From Verrucomicrobiia bacterium (lineage in GTDB: Bacteria; Patescibacteriota; Saccharimonadia; Saccharimonadales; JAGQNK01): a stretch of 52,766 nt of DNA. Of the stretch, positions 45,405 through 52,766 are shown piece after piece (the stretch's first letter is position 1; each line of letters begins with the position of its first letter). Position numbers and translations under genes: made by a program. Where the stretch lies: assembly GCA_035489575.1 (NCBI GenBank), contig DATHJY010000006.1:1-52766 (forward strand). The letters are read 5' to 3'. Under the pieces are notes generated by a model that saw nothing but the letters and a program-made list of their open reading frames with translations, made no database searches and was not told where the DNA came from.

Positions 45405-46547
45405 ATGGAACAATTTACTCTAGCTCTCACGTTTGACGATGTATTGCTCAGGCCACGCTACTCGGGGTTTGAACGGTCAGAGATTGATCTCTCGACCCAG
45501 CTAACAAGAAATATTCAGCTTCATGCGCCGCTGATAGCTGCTCCTATGGACACGGTCGTTGAGAGCGAATTAGCGATTGCATTGGGTACACAGGGCGGGA
45601 TTGGATTTGTGCACCGCAATTTGGCAATTCCGCAGCAAGCAGCTGAAGTCAAAAAAATAAAAGCCGCGGGGTTACTGGCTGGTGCGGCTGTTGGCTCTAG
45701 CCCGGGTTACGAGGAGCGTGTCAGGCAACTGGTACGGGCGAGTGTCGATGTGTTGATCGTAGACTCGGCACATGGACACGCGCAGCGGGTTATTTTGGCG
45801 GTGCATTATATTAAAAAACATTTTGATGTAGATGTCATAGCCGGTAGCGTTGCAACAACTGAAGGTGCCAAGGCACTCATAGAGGCTGGCGCAGACGGAC
45901 TGCGCGTTGGGATGGGGCCAGGGGCGATTTGCTCGACACGAATTATTTCGGGCATGGGTGTCCCGCAGCTGACGGCGATTTTGGATACAGCTAAAGTAGC
46001 GTATCGATACGGCGTACCGATAATCGCTGACGGCGGCATTACTTATTCTGGCGATATCGTCAAAGCCTTGGCTGCTGGTGCTTCTGGTGTGATGATGGGC
46101 CGAATTTTTGCAGCCACCATAGAGGCACCCGGCAAAACCGTCAAACTGGCGCCACATGAAGTACCGGCTCGCTTTCGCAGTATTGTCAACGGTGCTAAAG
46201 AATATACGTTCAAAGAATATCGCGGTATGGGCTCGGTCGCGGCTATGAAGAAGGGTCTCGCTATTAGCTCCGAAGACGAGTTCCATGGCAAAAGCTACAA
46301 AGACGATGTGTTGATTGCTGAGGGCGTAGAAGGTTTGGTGCCGTGCACTGGCAGTGTGGAGGCGTTGGTGTCGCAACTGCTCGGTGGCTTACGCTCCGGT
46401 TTTTATTACACGGGCGCTCAGTCTATTGCGGAGTTGTGGGAAACTGCCCAGTTTACTCGCATCACCCAAGCCAGCTTAAGCGAAAGCCATCCACATGACC
46501 TGTATGTGACCTACGGCGGCGAAAACTACCAACCAACAGATGTGTAA
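45405..46547 (+). CDS. guaB: IMP dehydrogenase lacking the CBS/Bateman subdomain
   Basis: The segments [16 protein letters not shown] and the catalytic loop [11 protein letters not shown] are present, along with IADGGI and GRIFA. The sequence goes from VKKIKA directly into GLLAGAAVG, where the CBS pair normally sits. The start at 45405 is preceded by TTGACA, an 18-nt spacer and TAGAAT. Confidence 0.85.
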   Translation: MEQFTLALTFDDVLLRPRYSGFERSEIDLSTQLTRNIQLHAPLIAAPMDTVVESELAIALGTQGGIGFVHRNLAIPQQAAEVKKIKAAGLLAGAAVGSSPGYEERVRQLVRASVDVLIVDSAHGHAQRVILAVHYIKKHFDVDVIAGSVATTEGAKALIEAGADGLRVGMGPGAICSTRIISGMGVPQLTAILDTAKVAYRYGVPIIADGGITYSGDIVKALAAGASGVMMGRIFAATIEAPGKTVKLAPHEVPARFRSIVNGAKEYTFKEYRGMGSVAAMKKGLAISSEDEFHGKSYKDDVLIAEGVEGLVPCTGSVEALVSQLLGGLRSGFYYTGAQSIAELWETAQFTRITQASLSESHPHDLYVTYGGENYQPTDV

Positions 46548-46553
46548 TTCTAT

Positions 46554-47609
46554 TTAGGTGCCGTACTTGGAGGCCAACAGGCTCAGGTCTAGCACGTTGA
46601 CCCGGCCGTCGCTGTTGATGTCTGAGCGACCTAGGTTGGCGCCTTGTTGGCCGTACCTGGATGCAAAGATGCTGAGGTCCAGGATGTTTACCTTGGTGTC
46701 TTGATTGATATCTTCTGCGCGGAAAGTAGGCGCGGGTGTAGGCGGCGGGGTCGGAGGAGGCGTAGGTGTAGGAGTTGGTGTGGGTGTTGGGGGAGGCGTA
46801 GGCGGCGGCGTTGGGGGTGGAGTGGGCGCTTGATTCGAAACAGTCACACTTACGGCGGCACTGGTGGCAACGTTGCCCTCGGCGTCATAGGCTTTGGCGG
46901 TCAGGCTGTGTACTCCGTTGCTCACCGAAGTGGTGTTCCAGCTGATAGTGAAGGGGCTGGCCGCATCCTCTAAGATAAGTTGATTGCCTCTAAAGAATTC
47001 AACGCGCGTTACGCCTTGAGCATCGGTGGCATTGGCGGTGAGGGCGACGGTGCCAGAAACGGTCTGGCCATTTGTGGGAGCGGTCAGAGACACGGTGGGC
47101 GGAGTGGTATCCAGTGGGGGCGTGGCACAGTTGTCTCCCAGCCCAGTGGGTACACAGCCGGAATCAGCCGTAAATACAACCCTATCCAGTCTCATGCCTG
47201 TTTCTCTGCCAACCATGCGAATGGTGTGATTGCCGGCGGTCAGGTTAACGGTGATCTTGGAATTGGTGTTGCCGTCACGATGATTTACCCATGTCCAGGT
47301 GTTGGTGGGCAGGGTGTTGTCCCCCACAACTACACCGCAGGTGGTGTCGTCGATCTCTAAATAATACGAATTGTTGGTGGCGTCTGGTGCACTGACTCGA
47401 CTCCAGATGGTGTAGGTAGCGGTGGCCGGCAGCGAAACGGTTTGGGTAGCCGATCCATTAGGGGTGGGCAGGGTGGCGCAAGCTGCCGAAGACCGCTGGA
47501 CAAATCCCAAAATCAGCACAAGGGCAACCAACCCTGACAAGGCGGCCAGAAGAAGGTTAAAATATTTAGCGCGAACTACCGAAGCGTAATGTGTCTGCAT
47601 GAGCGGCAT
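46554..47609 (-). CDS. Secreted protein with Ig-like domain, Pro/Thr linker and C-terminal type-I dockerin
   Basis: It has a signal or TM segment and an Ig-like segment (TVSLTAPTNGQTVSGTVALTANATDAQGVTRVEFF). A linker (PTPPPTPPPTPPPTPTPTPTP...) follows. The dockerin repeats are duplicated (DINQDTKVNILDLSIFASRYG and DINSDGRVNVLDLSLLASKYG). Confidence 0.8.
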   Translation of the reverse strand: MPLMQTHYASVVRAKYFNLLLAALSGLVALVLILGFVQRSSAACATLPTPNGSATQTVSLPATATYTIWSRVSAPDATNNSYYLEIDDTTCGVVVGDNTLPTNTWTWVNHRDGNTNSKITVNLTAGNHTIRMVGRETGMRLDRVVFTADSGCVPTGLGDNCATPPLDTTPPTVSLTAPTNGQTVSGTVALTANATDAQGVTRVEFFRGNQLILEDAASPFTISWNTTSVSNGVHSLTAKAYDAEGNVATSAAVSVTVSNQAPTPPPTPPPTPPPTPTPTPTPTPPPTPPPTPAPTFRAEDINQDTKVNILDLSIFASRYGQQGANLGRSDINSDGRVNVLDLSLLASKYGT

Positions 47610-47654
47610 ATAACTTCTCTTCAGATTACTTTTAACGCTGACTGCTGTCAAACG

Positions 47655-48059
47655 TTAAAGGCTGGTGGTCTCTACTATCTGGCACCGAAAGCCTTCTATA
47701 TTTACGGTCGACCAGGTTTCGATGCCATCTTCACTGGCTTTGTCGTAGCCAAATTTATTGCCGCGGCGGGTAAAGTACTCGCTGTAGTCGTCGAAACCAA
47801 GGCTCTTGCTTACTTTGTATATGACCGAAGTGCCTTTGTGGCATTTCTCTAAACTGGCTCCCACAGGGGGAATCGCATTGTGTGGAATGTTCTGCTTGGC
47901 CTGGCCGTATGCCCTGAGCGCTCCTCTTGGTGTCGACGAGAATAAGGTGCCCGCCAAATACAGATAGATCAAAAGAGCCACCATGCCAATTGCCAGACCG
48001 GCTATGCCCCAAAGCAGCATAAGCCTGCGCTTGGCAAACGGGCGTTTAGCATTTTTCAT
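47655..48059 (-). CDS. Membrane-anchored hypothetical protein
   Basis: The start is set at MKNAKRPFAKRR (ATG at 48057-48059), followed by one TM segment. I recognise no family. HHR-3 lies 44 nt upstream on the same strand. Confidence 0.55.
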   Translation of the reverse strand: MKNAKRPFAKRRLMLLWGIAGLAIGMVALLIYLYLAGTLFSSTPRGALRAYGQAKQNIPHNAIPPVGASLEKCHKGTSVIYKVSKSLGFDDYSEYFTRRGNKFGYDKASEDGIETWSTVNIEGFRCQIVETTSL

Positions 48060-48102
48060 TACTATCAGCATAGCAAGGTCCGGTACGGAACCAACCAAAT
48101 TT

Positions 48103-48156
48103 AACGCTTTTCGTCCTTTTGGACTCGTCAGTTCTGACCATATCAGAAGAAGCGTT
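48103..48156 (-). ncRNA. Type III hammerhead ribozyme (HHR-3)
   Basis: The minus strand reads AACGCTT C TTCTGA-TATGG-TCAGAA CTGACGA GTCC-AAAA-GGAC GAA AAGCGTT. The element is a complete 54-nt minimal hammerhead. Confidence 0.85.
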
Positions 48157-48281
48157 TGGCATGAAGTAAGGTATGGTTTGATGATCTAAAAGATCAAAAG
48201 ATCAAAAGATGAGGTCCCTCCTCATCACCCTACTTCATGGCCTAGTCGTGGCTAGGACTTTTCCCAAGGTCTTGTCCCGGA

Positions 48282-48845
48282 TCAGTTGGTGCTTGCGTCG
48301 GTCGACTCGTCGCCAGGAACCAGGCGCAGAGGGGTAACAGGTGCCAGCGGACGCGGCTGTTGGGCCGGCGACGGTGCGGACACGCGCCCGGGGAACGAGC
48401 CATCGCGGAGCGCGAACAACGTGTTCAGGACAAAGCCGACGTAGAAGCCGACCGCTGTCAGCGCGATGCGCGTGGTGTCAGGGGTGTCGATGCCCACGTA
48501 GTGGTAGTCCTGCTGGAACGACCAGATGAACATCTCCGTTATGCCGATACCGAAGGCCAAGCCGAACAGAGAGAGCCAGATCGAGTTGCGCCAATGGGAG
48601 AGGGAATCCCCCAAGGAGTGCTTGCCCTCTGCGAGGGTGACCAAGCTCGTGAGTCCACCGGCCAGAATGGCTGCAGCCGTGGTGCAAGCCACCAGCCCAG
48701 CCGGACTCTTGATGGTTCCGAGGCCGAAGGGCCAGATGATCACCATGACCATCACGGGGGCGATCAAGACCTCTGCGGTCTTGCGCATGTTGCGCCAGCC
48801 GCTCGGTGTGATCACAACATCCAGGGCGTGCCGGATGTTTGACAT
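48282..48845 (-). CDS. GC-rich hypothetical integral membrane protein, about 4 TM helices; distant paralog of 660..1154
   Basis: ORF 48282..48992 was trimmed to the ATG at 48843-48845 (MSNIRHALDVV...). It has four hydrophobic segments and a Pro-rich disordered C-terminus. GC3 is high. Confidence 0.7.
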   Translation of the reverse strand: MSNIRHALDVVITPSGWRNMRKTAEVLIAPVMVMVIIWPFGLGTIKSPAGLVACTTAAAILAGGLTSLVTLAEGKHSLGDSLSHWRNSIWLSLFGLAFGIGITEMFIWSFQQDYHYVGIDTPDTTRIALTAVGFYVGFVLNTLFALRDGSFPGRVSAPSPAQQPRPLAPVTPLRLVPGDESTDASTN

Positions 48846-48917
48846 GTTTAGCGTCCTTTCACGGGACAACTTGGGAACTTCCTGGTTTTTGGTCGAGTGG
48901 GAAGTACACTTACCAAT

Positions 48918-48926
48918 ATTATAACA
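48918..48926 (-). promoter_or_regulatory. Extended -10 promoter element TGtTATAAT for the 48282..48845 gene
   Basis: The 9-mer is the same as at 1218-1226, at a similar distance from the start codon. Confidence 0.45.
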
Positions 48927-49037
48927 TATTTCTTTTATAATACGATATCTGCAACGGATTGCACGCCCTTCATTTATCTGTAGATTGACCAAGCAGTGGA
49001 TAGTTACCTACACTTATACAAAAGATTAAGGGGAATT

Positions 49038-49496
49038 ATGCACAAAACGTCACTGGGGTATGTAGCTGTTATCGGTCGGATTAGATTCAGCGTTGATCCG
49101 TGGTACTTACGGAAGATTCCAGTGCGGGCCGCTGCTGCGGTTGGCTTTTTGTACTTCACTGGGTCACTTATAGGCGTTTTGGCTGGTGGGCCCATTAGTT
49201 TTTATGCACCAATTGGCGGGATCTTGGCAGCTCTTGCAGTGTTTGTGCACCAGACGGTCGAACTGTGGGGAGGCATGTTGTTTCGCCGGCGTCTGCGAGC
49301 GGCTGGACGGCGTGGCCAGGTGCTATTTGTGCCCGGCCAACTTGTCCAAGAGATAGCGCGTATATATGAAGAGCGTGATAAGCCATTGCCCCTCAGGCTG
49401 TCGGATGCCCAAAAAACTACGCTGCGTACAGCAGTAGAAAGCTATCACAAGAGTGGTATGAGTCCAAAACTGCAACGGATGCTTGAGTCTCTTTAA
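49038..49496 (+). CDS. Hypothetical membrane protein
   Basis: The start MHKTSLGY is preceded by AAGGGG. It has two hydrophobic helices and a basic loop. I recognise no family. Confidence 0.5.
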   Translation: MHKTSLGYVAVIGRIRFSVDPWYLRKIPVRAAAAVGFLYFTGSLIGVLAGGPISFYAPIGGILAALAVFVHQTVELWGGMLFRRRLRAAGRRGQVLFVPGQLVQEIARIYEERDKPLPLRLSDAQKTTLRTAVESYHKSGMSPKLQRMLESL

Positions 49497-49596
49497 CGTT
49501 TATTAAAAATCAAAAGTGTTATGAGAAAAAACTAATATGACAACTACAAAAAGCAAGAGAGGATAGGTGAAGAAAGCTTAACTACGGGGTATTAAG

Positions 49597-50052
49597 ATGT
49601 TTAAATCCTTATCTACTAAGTTCTACAAATCCGCGGTAGCGGTCGTTGCGCTTGCTTTTGCGACTGCAGCCATATCTGCACCCGGCAAAGCAGCAGCCCA
49701 TGGCTTGCCACCGTGTAGTCCGCCCCAGCCGTGCTCACCAACTATTATGCAGTGCGAAGCGTATCGGCCCATTCTTCAGCTCTGGGTGCAGAATCAAAAG
49801 CTGTGTGTTGCGGCTTTGCAGGGTTTTATACACAATCTCGCCGCCCACTACTATACGGGGCCTATAGACGGCAAATTCGGTAAGGGAACCTACTATGCAG
49901 TACAAGCTTTTCAGGACGATGCCACTATTGGCCTGGAGGCTGATGGCATTGTCGGAACACAAACCTGGAACTATATTGATTTTCTTTGTAATTTTAGTAA
50001 TGAAAACAGCACACCCTGGTACGCTTGCCGAACTGATTTCATCATGGTCTAG
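49597..50052 (+). CDS. Secreted peptidoglycan-binding-domain protein
   Basis: A signal peptide is present (AFATAAISAPGKAAA). The segment LQGFIHNL...GPIDGKFGKGTYYAVQAFQ...ADGIVGTQTW is PG_binding_1-like. Confidence 0.65.
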   Translation: MFKSLSTKFYKSAVAVVALAFATAAISAPGKAAAHGLPPCSPPQPCSPTIMQCEAYRPILQLWVQNQKLCVAALQGFIHNLAAHYYTGPIDGKFGKGTYYAVQAFQDDATIGLEADGIVGTQTWNYIDFLCNFSNENSTPWYACRTDFIMV

Positions 50053-50068
50053 AAACCTGCCTTGACAG

Positions 50069-50107
50069 ACCATATAAAAACCTGACACTAGGCCAGGTTT
50101 TTATATG
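50069..50107 (+). terminator. Rho-independent terminator
   Basis: A 15-bp stem forms between ccatataaaaacctg (50069-50083) and caggtttttatatgg (50093-50107). The 3' arm is T-rich. Confidence 0.6.
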
Positions 50108-50332
50108 GTGCACTACATCGACTGTCGTGGAACACTACCTATGACAGCATTTGCTGATAACGAGAAGCTACTCGAACTCGACTGCACAACCAGTGAAGCA
50201 CTTGCGAGGGCTACAACAACTAGGTAAAAGGTAAATATTACATTGGTATGTTAGCAGGACTATCATACACTATATATGGTGCTAGAGCTTATGGGCAAAA
50301 ACCTTAAATAAACACAAACTACGGAGAAAGAG

Positions 50333-51223
50333 ATGAAAGATGTGGGCACCAATACCCCGTCAATTTTTAATAGCCAGCGACTACTGTTTGACCGAGCTAT
50401 GCCAACTCCCAAGACCCATACTGGGACTGTAACCGATGACTACTATACACATGGCTGGACGGTTATTGACGACATACCCAATGCGCAAACAGCTCTGGCG
50501 ACTCAGCAAGCCTTTATCCATAGCATTGATTCAGGTAAAGTCACTTTGCACGCTCGTTTTCAATCGCGCATACGACTTGCTAAGGCCGATCAGATACCAG
50601 TGTGTGATGACATAGTGGCCACCAGCTTTCAAGTATTGCATTTTGACATGGGACAACCATTAGTGGAAAGCAACAGTCAGTTGCTTGTAACCCATGTTGG
50701 CATTTATCTGCCGAAAACTACCCTGCATATGGTTACAGCCCGCACACGGCTCGTAGAACTTAGTGGCTTATTGGAGGGCCTGTGCTTGACGCCTCTAGAA
50801 ATCGAGAATCGGATTGTGCGGTATGTCCGTAAGTATGGTGATGGCTGGGCTAATCACAACACACTTCGTCTCGCATGTTTCGCAAGGTTTATTGACGCCC
50901 TGCATGACACGCATGAGCTCGAGAAAGAAATAGACAAAACCGTTGGCCAGTGGTTTCAGACCGATAAGCAGCTGAACGAAGGTAGTGCATACGAGCAAGA
51001 GCAAGACTTTTACAAACGCCACGGAGTGGAACTGACAAAAGTCGAGCGTCAGATTGCCCTTAAACCTGGTCAGTTATTGATACTTGATAACACGCGAGTT
51101 ATACATGGCCGAATCGGCAAACGAAAAACGAAAGAACTTTATAATTTCATGTTTGGCATAGAGTCGACAATGTACGATGATATTGCGGCATTACGAAGAC
51201 AGATTGCTGAGCTTGTTGCTTAA
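50333..51223 (+). CDS. Hypothetical protein, possibly Fe(II)/2-oxoglutarate oxygenase-like
   Basis: An HxD-like LHFDMG and a distal LILDNTRVIHGR resemble the TauD/clavaminate-synthase-like facial triad context. The assignment is tentative. Confidence 0.35.
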   Translation: MKDVGTNTPSIFNSQRLLFDRAMPTPKTHTGTVTDDYYTHGWTVIDDIPNAQTALATQQAFIHSIDSGKVTLHARFQSRIRLAKADQIPVCDDIVATSFQVLHFDMGQPLVESNSQLLVTHVGIYLPKTTLHMVTARTRLVELSGLLEGLCLTPLEIENRIVRYVRKYGDGWANHNTLRLACFARFIDALHDTHELEKEIDKTVGQWFQTDKQLNEGSAYEQEQDFYKRHGVELTKVERQIALKPGQLLILDNTRVIHGRIGKRKTKELYNFMFGIESTMYDDIAALRRQIAELVA

Positions 51224-51234
51224 GGAGCCAACTT

Positions 51235-51702
51235 ATGACTGACGCCACTTACTTCCAATATTGCCCGAAACAAATAGTTTTCTCGAAAGACAAAACAAAG
51301 GTGTTGCTGGCTCAACGAAAAGACGAGCAGGATTACAATGGCATCTTCAGCTTCATTGGCGGCAAGACCGAAATCACGGACGAGTCGCTGCTGGCCGGAT
51401 TAAAGCGCGAAAAGGATGAAGAAATTGGAGTTGATGCCAAACTGAACATCTGCTGGACCATGAGTTGCTTTCAGGAGCTCTACCGAAAAAAGGACGGCAA
51501 AAGCATGGTTTTGCCTCATCATGTAGCCATCTTTCAACGTGGCGAGATAAGTCTGAACGGCAACGAATACGCCCAATACAAGTGGGTACCTGTCAATGAA
51601 GTTGAGTTCTTCCAGCCAGCGATACGTACCACTTGGCCGGCGGTACAGGCTGCGTTACGGCTGCTACCGCTACTCAATAGTGATGATTTCGCAGAAATTT
51701 AG
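51235..51702 (+). CDS. NUDIX hydrolase, paralog of 16246..16713
   Basis: The Nudix box GGKTEITDESLLAGLKREKDEEIG is present. It aligns with 16246..16713 along the whole length (FQYCPK, ICW.MSC.Q, YKW.P). Confidence 0.8.
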   Translation: MTDATYFQYCPKQIVFSKDKTKVLLAQRKDEQDYNGIFSFIGGKTEITDESLLAGLKREKDEEIGVDAKLNICWTMSCFQELYRKKDGKSMVLPHHVAIFQRGEISLNGNEYAQYKWVPVNEVEFFQPAIRTTWPAVQAALRLLPLLNSDDFAEI

Positions 51703-51776
51703 AAACCCATCTACTCTTTGTAATTTTTCATATTGCATGGTCACTTCCACAAGATAGCCGCTATGCTCGCCTTATT

Positions 51777-51960
51777 ATTTTGGAGAGAGAGGACTTGGTC
51801 ACGCAAGCACGCCCCCAGAACTTTCACGATTGGCAACCAGTTGCCATCGGAAAGTTCCCTTGCGGACAGCCACTGGCTGTCCTCACCTATCGGTTCAAGT
51901 CCTCCGGCTACAAAACAACAGGACGACCACTAAAGGGTCGCCCAGTTGTTTTGGTGCGCC
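51777..51960. repeat. tRNA-3'-end-like repeat unit X1
   Basis: It shares modules with 52572-52766. These are attttgg..agagaggacttggtcac, gcaagcacgc, cccagaa, a covarying hairpin followed by tcacct (gacagcc/ggctgtc vs gacatgcc/ggcatgtc), and ggttcRagKcc. The unit ends in a nested hairpin followed by ttggtgcgc. Confidence 0.5.
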
Positions 51961-52072
51961 AATGCGCCGTTAGATGGAACCCAATTTATGACAGTATTTT
52001 GCTGATGTATCAAAAGTTAGTCGATCTTGGCTTTCAATATCGGGGTGGAGAAATATTTACTGAGATAAAGTC

Positions 52073-52474
52073 TTACGAAACTGAAGCTTCAGCAAACAAG
52101 GATTGATATCGCGCTATGAGATCAGAGAAAGTTACGATACCCTCAGCCGCGACTTTTCGTTGCTTATCTAGCGCGGAGTCGTATTTTTCGGCCAGCTCCC
52201 GGTTGCGTGTAACATTTGCTTCTGTTGTCGGGGGCAATCCATCAGTCGGAGATTCTACGACAACCACCTCAATGTCTTCTCCTCGGAAGAGCCGGACAGC
52301 AATGAGGTTATGGCCGTCAATGGCAACGAGTTTGCCTTTCTCGTCTTTGCGGACGAGAGGAGTAGGTGGTAAATTGTCAGCATTACCCTCATGCAAACAC
52401 GCAAAAATAAATCTTACAGTTCTTTCCTTCAGAAAATCCTGTGATGGGGCAATTTGTTCAGGTGATACAAGCAT
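52073..52474 (-). CDS. ParB N-terminal-domain-like (ParB/Srx fold) protein
   Basis: The segment KLVAIDGHNLIAVRLFRGEDIEVVVV resembles the ParB-like nuclease domain core (DGHHR-type). The assignment is tentative. Confidence 0.4.
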   Translation of the reverse strand: MLVSPEQIAPSQDFLKERTVRFIFACLHEGNADNLPPTPLVRKDEKGKLVAIDGHNLIAVRLFRGEDIEVVVVESPTDGLPPTTEANVTRNRELAEKYDSALDKQRKVAAEGIVTFSDLIARYQSLFAEASVS

Positions 52475-52571
52475 GAAGCCAGTGTATCAGAACCAAAGAG
52501 GACTTGAACCAAATAACAGATACAAAACAAAAAGACGCCAGCAAGCCGGTCGTCTTCTTATCTGTAAAACT

Positions 52572-52766
52572 ATTTTGGTGCGCGAGAGAGGACTTGGTCA
52601 CCTCTGGCGACCCCGCAACTTCATGGCGGCAAGCACGCTTGCCCCAGAAGATTGCCTTGCGACATGCCACAGGCATGTCTCACCTCCACGCCTTTTTGGG
52701 TGAAGGTTCGAGGCCCTGTGAACCAATTTAAAAAGCCTACCCTTGGCAGGCTTCTCAAATTGGTGC
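52572..52766. repeat. tRNA-3'-end-like repeat unit X2, runs to the window end
   Basis: It starts with attttggtgcgcgagagaggacttggtcacctct. On the minus strand this reads like a T-arm plus acceptor plus CCA (..agagg tgaccaagt cctct ctcgcgc a cca). It shares modules with X1. The window ends in another ttggtgc. Confidence 0.5.

Noticed and set aside
46715-46810. A GC-rich low-complexity DNA repeat (ggtgg/ggagg/ggcgg units) on the plus strand.
   Set aside because: It is the coding sequence of the Pro/Thr linker of the dockerin protein on the minus strand. It is not an independent repeat element.
48183-48212. A short tandem repeat (aaagatc three times) that might suggest a repeat array.
   Set aside because: It is only three 7-8 nt units inside the loop of the cassette's 3' UTR hairpin. 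It has no spacer/repeat organisation and is not a CRISPR array.
464-48926. Explaining the GC-rich blocks as metagenomic assembly chimeras.
   Set aside because: There are at least seven separate blocks, each bounded on both sides by backbone genes on one contig. Each has an AT-rich promoter patch and shares RNA modules with other blocks. That pattern is unlikely for misjoins. Read-level verification is still required, and I could not do it here.
52572-52660. Calling X2 a minus-strand tRNA gene.
   Set aside because: Only a T-arm-like hairpin with a 9-nt loop and an acceptor 3' strand plus CCA can be drawn. There is no complementary 5' acceptor strand (gcgcgag), no D-arm and no credible anticodon arm within the expected distance.

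Overview
This is a 52.8-kb window from a compact bacterial chromosome of about 50% GC. The gene content suggests a reduced-genome lineage such as Patescibacteria/Saccharibacteria, but that assignment is inference only. The core genes are obg, sbcB, pheA, uvrA, uvrC, rplY/ctc, secG, a guaB without the CBS insert, pepP, trhO, four tandem ABC half-transporters, and many small secreted or membrane proteins.

The backbone is interrupted at least seven times by short single-gene or two-gene cassettes of clearly higher GC, at about 532-1925, 5509-6189, 10100-10682, 15104-16210, 20857-21341, 33538-34712 and 48103-48926. A milder candidate lies at 42327-43601. Every cassette sits in an intergenic junction between core genes and encodes a secreted, membrane-bound or small protein. 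Most have their own AT-rich sigma70-like promoter, and several have inverted repeats bracketing the ORF, which would pair the 5' and 3' UTRs.

Three cassettes end in a complete type III hammerhead ribozyme (464-531 minus, 6123-6189 plus, 48103-48156 minus). Each ribozyme lies between the cassette gene and the next element on the same strand.

The window also holds several repeated structured non-coding families:
- a roughly 450-nt element in two copies (1-460 and 8615-9066)
- a roughly 150-nt stem-closed element in two cassette 3' UTRs (5948-6087 and 34502-34657)
- a tRNA-3'-end-like repeat pair (51777-51960 and 52572-52766)

Other notable content is an IS200/RAYT-type Y1 transposase flanked by REP-like palindromes and a cohesin/dockerin protein pair.

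I found no rRNA, canonical tRNA or CRISPR array. All homology calls come from reading the translations and aligning by eye. No database search was run.
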